Shown one piece after another: positions 58,324-64,000 of a stretch of DNA of 64,000 nt. Source of the DNA: Cycas panzhihuaensis (taxonomy: Eukaryota; Plantae; Cycadophyta); contig CM041465.1 of NCBI GenBank assembly GCA_023213395.1, positions 153,767,741 through 153,831,740 on the forward strand. Reading direction: 5' to 3'. The notes below the pieces were generated by a model. It ran no database searches and was not told the DNA's origin. It was given only the letters and a program-made list of their open reading frames with translations. A program made the translations under genes and the position numbers. Every line of letters begins with the position of its first letter. Within the stretch, counting starts at the first letter, position 1.

Positions 58324-59379
58324 TCAAAGTATTATTCAGATGACACATAATTTAACATTTAATAGAAGGATTAAATGTATTGAGACACAACATCACTTCA
58401 TATAGGAACTTGTTTAAATAGGAGAAATAGAGTTGGTTTATTATAGCACAGAAAATCAGATAATAGATATCTCTATAAAGGTACTTAGAAAAGTTAAATT
58501 CCACAAATTTAGAGATAAGCTTGAAGTTATATAAAATGACCATTATGGAGGAGAATATTATGGTTAATCTTTATTTCTCCCTAAGTAAGTATACACAATA
58601 TTTAATAATATTATGAGACTACTACAGTCGACTACAGTCGTTCAAGCCATCAGGTATATATTTATTTATTATTTTTTAAATTCTAAAAATATCAGTTGAT
58701 GGTAGGTTTCCTCCCAACATCCTAATTATAAGTAAGAGGTCTCTGGCCTAATGGTATTTTTGAATACCACCTTATTTTTAAATATTTGTTAATATTTTTC
58801 ATATAGAAATCTTATAGTCTCTCTGCTCTATCCCTTTTATCCTTTGCTATCTTTATGTCCTGTCATCATAAGTTTTCTAGTTGTGTGTTTTATAATGATA
58901 TAAATGCCCTGGATAAAGAGGATATCAGTATTCTACTTGTCCATTTGATTGATGTATAGGAGGTTCATTTTCATTCCTAGAACAAGGAACACATTGTTGA
59001 TATGATGCTTGATGTTAGAATCTCTCAATGCTACTAGAGCCCTATTAATTTTGGTCACATTATAAGTTAATTTATCACCAAATAGGACTATTTAGGTGCT
59101 TACTAAGTAGCTCTCTTCTAATATCTTTTTTGATCTAGTCATATGTCTATTTGTACCTGAGTTAAAGAGCCATGTATTATCATCAAGCGAAGAAGCTAAT
59201 ACTACAAAGAATAGGTTGTGGGATGAGGGATCCTAGTTATCCCCCATATTACCTCCTTGATGTTAAATGTTTTATTGGTTCCTTTAATTTCTATTAGGGA
59301 ACCACTACTTGGTCTATGGTCTTTGACTCTGAGTAGGTCTTGGATTCCAATTTTGTTAGTAGAATTAGCCTTGTGATTG

Positions 59380-59530
59380 AAATGATGGCCCTCTTTATGT
59401 ATAGAAAGGTCCTCCTTATTGTGCAACAGGGCTATCTTATTAGAAATAGAGGGATCCTTATTATAAAATGGGCCCTTCTTATTATGGAAAAGGGGCTTCT
59501 TGTAGAGGGTATGGTCCTCCTTATTGATAA
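59380..59530 (-). repeat. 21-bp coding tandem repeat (QQGGPFP-like heptads) in gag of E
   Basis: CAA TAA GGA GGA CCA TAC CCT / TAA TAA GAA GGG CCC ATT TTA / CAA TAA GGA GGA CCT TTC TAT. Confidence 0.75.
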
Positions 59531-60491
59531 CTTTGCCTTTGTTGCTGGTAGCTTGGTTAACTTTGTTGATAAGAGAGTGTTATTTGTTAATAGAATAAGG
59601 CTATTAGTTGATAATATGAAGCAATTTGTTTAAAGCTAGGCCAATAAGATTGGCTTCCTTGATTTTGTAAGAGTTATAAAGTAGCTTGATGTCTCCTATA
59701 TTAAATAGAAAAGTGTCTAATTTTTTCATAATATAGGCAGGTGGCATTTGGTCTACTTTGTTGATTCTTTTATAGTTGAGACTATGGTTGTTGTTGCGGC
59801 CATTATGGCTGCTAACTTAGATTGGAGGAGGTATCAACTAGATGTTGTTACTACTAAGTTAGCTGCTAATGTGGATATTGAGAGATGTTGAGAGAGTCCA
59901 GTTGTTGAGCAAGGTTTTGGAGTTGACTTGGCTATTAGGCTGTCCTTTATACAATCTTGCATTTTTCTAAATTATAGGTTATAAAAGCAAAGCTGAGTCA
60001 GAAGTAGATGTAACCCTAATTTGACTAAGAATGTTCTCTTCCTATAGTAAGAGCCCCTCAAAGGTGATGAAGTCTATTTTTGAGTAATTGTCATAAAGTT
60101 TAAAGATAAAACTATTATATTTTATGGGTAAAATATTTAGGATGCTAGATATGAGGTTATGATCTGAAGGTGGTTCACCTAGGATTATCAATTAGTTCCT
60201 AATAGTCTTTACTTCAGTCAAGCGGGCTATAATAGTGCCTACGAAAGGAATGGTAAATAGGCAAACTTTAAAGGTCAAGGAGTTAGATTCATCCTTTCTC
60301 TCGTAGAGAGCATAAAGAATGGTCCATGCCTTATGAGAGGTTTGGGTTGTTTCTATATTTTAGTCCACTTGGTCTTTAACTACCAAATAAAAGAAGGATA
60401 AAGCTATATTATCCTTATTAGCTTTAAAGTTAGTTAAGACTATAAGATAAAGAGGAATTAAGATGTTAGGGTCATTGGGATCTTATATTAA

Positions 60492-60870
60492 ATAGTTTAA
60501 GGAGTTGGAGAAAAATGAAAGTGGATATAAAGTCAAGATCTTATAGATTGATAATGGTGGTGACTGCATATAGAATGAATTCACTCAATTCTATAAGGAC
60601 TATAAAATTAGGAGATAGTCTTCTATTGCCTACATAAATCAACAAAATGGAGTTGTTAAGTAAATAAATAGAACTTTGGTTGAAAAAGATAAATCTATGA
60701 TGAAAGGTAAGGATGTATCAAAATTTTTGTGGGTTGAAGCTAGTAATATAGTTATATATCTAATAAATATAGGCACTACAAGGCTTATTAGGAATAAAAC
60801 ACTAAAGGAGGCTTGGTAAAATGAAAAGCTAACTATTTATTATTTAACAGTATTTCGGTGTACAACATAT
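60492..60870 (+). pseudogene. Copia integrase core fragment
   Basis: ESGYKVKIL*IDNGGD....F...AYINQQNGVVK*INRTLVEK.KSMM....KFLWVEA. Confidence 0.85.
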
Positions 60871-61569
60871 GAAGTAGAGATTCAAGAGGAACTATAAAAA
60901 GTAATAGAATATTGAAAATTAGTATTTGAATTCTTAAGAAGCACCTTATTTGAGTTGAATTATTATTTAGATTACACTATAGGATGCTCTCTATTAGATT
61001 CATCCTTAGTTAAAACCTTGCATCTCAAATGATTCCTCTCCTAATTACTTATCTAAATGTTAATTTTTTTCTATTATTATGATTTTGTATATGATGTGCT
61101 TCTTCTTCATCATGTTTAGTTATTTTCACTACTTCTTATTTACAAATAGACTCTTCTTACTCTTAATCCTTTTAGACTCCTATTTAGGCTACTCATCTAG
61201 TTCATCATGTTCATCATAAATGAGATCTTTAGCAGATTGCTTTTTAATCTAGTTAGCTAGTTCTTCTTCTTATGTACTCATATTATTTATGTCCTTCAAT
61301 ATAATGACCCCTTCTTATAAGATTTTATATATTTATGAGAGGTCTTCTTATAAGTTTTGTTTCTTCTTTTATATTCTTCGTGAGGTTTTCTCTTCATTTC
61401 TTTTCTCATCTTTTTCTTAACATTTCTCTTTGAAAAAAATTATAAACATTTATGTAAATATCTAGTGTTCTTATATCCTAATAACTAGATATGTAACAAT
61501 CCTTCTATATGCTTTATAACAAGAATTAACTAAACTTTATTAGACATAACTTGTAGGAACTTCAATGTG

Positions 61570-62070
61570 CATCAAACTTTTGCTATCCACTAATGCATGT
61601 CTAATTCACCATATCTATAATAGGGTATCATTTATTTTTTCTTTCTAAATTTATAGTTAAGGTCTAAATAAAGTAATACCCATATACATCTAGAGTATCA
61701 TATATTTTTTCTTTCTAAATTTATAGTTAAATTCTAAATAAAGTACTACCTATCAACATCTAGACTAATATTGATACCTCTTAATAGATTCTCTCTTAAG
61801 CATAAGTCAACACATGGCCCATAATCTTTTATGGATGTAACAAACATGAATCCATATCATGATTTGACATAATCTAACCATTTTATAGGCTTAATATTTT
61901 CTCTTAAGTAAAAGGTTGGAATATATAAAGAATTATCCATAATTTTGTTCAACACCAAATGGCTAAAATCTTATTATGAGTTGAGAGAATTACTAAAACT
62001 TACATAAAGGAGAGAAATCAACTTTCATTATCAAACTTTATAATAAATTATATTCTAACCATAAAAACTA
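61570..62070 (-). pseudogene. Degenerate LINE (L1) ORF1 fragment (DUF4283 / zinc-knuckle region)
   Basis: FIIKFDNE; PCVDLCLRENLLRGINISL; eroded knuckle YYRYGELD; very decayed. Confidence 0.45.
61621..61760. repeat. 70-bp tandem duplication
   Basis: 61621-61690 vs 61691-61760. Confidence 0.92.
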
Positions 62071-62213
62071 AATGTAATACCTTTTGATAGAAAGATAACA
62101 AAAAAAATACTTTTGATGAATCTAGTTTAAGGATATTTAGAGACCTATAACTTATGTAATATCCCTTTGACATTTATTACAATTTAAGATTTTAAGAATT
62201 ATAATTACACCCC

Positions 62214-62560
62214 TTACTAAAATAATAATAACTTTTTATTCTAATACCTAATTAATTTAATATTTCTTTTAATTAAAAGTATATTTTAAGGTATATCTAT
62301 CGATAAGGAAAATATGAGGTTGATTTCATACTTGTAGCTTTTATAATGGTCCTTTTAATGTGGATAGAAAGTAATCAATTTTAGAGATACAATAGTATTT
62401 ATTACTAAAATAATAATAAATTTTGATCCTAATAACTAATTTAATTATAATTAATTCTAAAAGAAAGTAAGTAACAAGGTGCATCTATTCAAAAAATAAA
62501 TAAGGTTAATCATATACCTATAATAGAAGTTATGGTCATTTGAATTTATAGTAACAAATG
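62214..62560. repeat. Degenerate ~188-bp tandem duplication
   Basis: TTACTAAAATAATAATAA at ~62214 and ~62402 followed by colinear similarity. Confidence 0.65.
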
Positions 62561-62766
62561 TTTTACCTTATGGACAATGATGGACAACAGGCTAAGATTA
62601 AATCCCTTATAACTTTCATAATTTTACTTTAAATCATATAGTGTAACTACTTAAGATTTATGGCATGAGTTTGTTATATTAAATATGTGGTTTAGTTTCT
62701 AAAATTTAGCCTTTTACACCTTCAAAATTGTAGAACTTTAATAAAAAACTAATTAGCCAAAACCAT

Positions 62767-64000
62767 GCTTTGATATCATTTATAACAAATTATCACACCA
62801 AAAGTATCAAAGTGTTAGTGGAAATGACTCCTTACTAAGTAGACCATGACCTACCCTATATCTCAAATAGGCTATCCCTATATAACTCTACTTTCATTAG
62901 CATTTGGACATCCCAAATGCCCTAGCTATAATAACATTCATGCACATTAGTGGTATTAATGTATATTGCCTCATTAACTCCATAAGAGACATTTTCCTAA
63001 AGGCATTGAAATGTAAGTCCTAGTTTTGATGCCACTTGTGATGAATCATTGCACTAAAACCTTGAGGTATTAATAGAGAGAACTTTCAACTAAGTAGACT
63101 ATGTCGACCATAAGAAATAGGAGATTTTATAAAAGCACCTAAAGATGAAGATTTGGTGAGGTTTTAATTGGGTTTGTCAAGTATTAACAATGATGAGATG
63201 AAAAATTATATGTGTGTATGTCTTATCTTATTGATCCTACTAAATCACCAAAAGGAGTCTAAACTAAATATTATGTAATGGTAAACCCATGCTCAGATTA
63301 GTTTTAATGCTTTTATAGTGTTATGGTATCCCAATTTCCACCACCATGGAATGATATAATATCTTGTTAAGAAGGAGTCTTTAGAGTCTTTAGGATTATT
63401 TAATATCTTAAAAGTTCTAATATCCATAGTTCAATGAAAGGTTTTCTACCTTATAAAGTAGAGTATCACTATGTATGAAATAAGAATGAGGTTAAATGAT
63501 AATGTTAGGGAAAGAAAAGATAAGTTTAGTAAGTCCATAGTATCGTCACTAGAGATATAAACCAAGGAGGAGTAGGACACTAAGGTAATGGCTAAGAAAT
63601 CTCAAAAAATTAGAAAACTCAAGTAGCCCCCTTCCTTAGATGGGTGGCATCTTATACATGTGAGTATCAGGTGTGGCAAGTGATTATACCTTAACTGGAT
63701 CCTAAAAACATAAATCTCCAACTCATCATCAATCAATGCTAATAGGTTAGATGAACATGGTAATAATCTATGGGAGTGAGTAAGGCTAATAGAACTAAAC
63801 ACTAATCTAATACATAAATGAAAATAAAATAGTGTAAAATAAAATGTCGGAAAGGGAAACAAATAGTAGGAAACATAACTTATATCATAAGAATCCTAGA
63901 TCTATGACTTAGAAGAGGAGACTAGATGGAAGTAGATGTAAAGGGGGTTAGACCATAGGATTGGCTTAGTTCATTAGTAAGCTATTAGAGACTAATGTCA
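62767..64000 (-). mobile_element. PBS and probable 5' LTR of another minus-strand LTR element running off the window
   Basis: GCTTTGATATCA (PBS complement, 62767-62778) + TT + TATAAC (eroded TGTAAC LTR end). Confidence 0.5.

Larger units (their letters stand above)
44121..58846 (+). mobile_element. Element F: Ty1/Copia, full length, inserted in pol of E
   Basis: LTRs 44121-44410 and 58556-58846; PBS TGGTATTAGAG 44413; PPT GGAGGAGAA 58547; TSD TTATT/CTATC; ~2.4 kb leader. Confidence 0.92.
40862..60490 (-). mobile_element. Element E: Ty1/Copia, 5'-truncated, interrupted by F
   Basis: 3' LTR ~40862-41187 after PPT complement CCCTCCTCTA (41188); RH 41190-41750, RT ~41800-42650, INT TFIDNFSRKVW (43489-43680); resumes at 58852 with WLFNSGTNRHMT (~59165) and gag to ~60490; no 5' LTR found. 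Confidence 0.85.

Overview
AT-rich plant heterochromatin made almost entirely of old, nested, heavily C>T/G>A-eroded retrotransposons. A large-genome non-angiosperm such as a gymnosperm is my inference, not proven. I found no intact host gene, tRNA, rRNA or CRISPR array. (1) <1-15172: element A, a Gypsy Tat-type element with a ~3.1 kb 3' LTR. It has gag-protease but no RT or integrase. It carries an antisense, apparently spliced Plant Mobile Domain gene, a stand-alone archaeal-type RNase H ORF and a 1.6 kb (AT)n tract, and it directly abuts the integrase of a Tekay-like chromovirus (15173-~17177). (2) ~17230-18925: a Gypsy-like remnant with a short repeat/spacer array and a PPT-LTR-PBS arrangement. 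(3) Nest 1: Copia D (27390-34436,+) inside Reina-like chromovirus C (22794-36516,-) inside Copia B (-). (4) Nest 2: Copia H (50787-58323,-) inside Copia F (44121-58846,+) inside Copia E (-), flanked by + strand Copia fragments. (5) A LINE ORF1 remnant and the end of another LTR at the right edge. The most notable system is the divergently oriented PMD + RNase H cargo cassette of non-autonomous element A. All coding calls are pseudogenic and come from manual translation; no database search was run.
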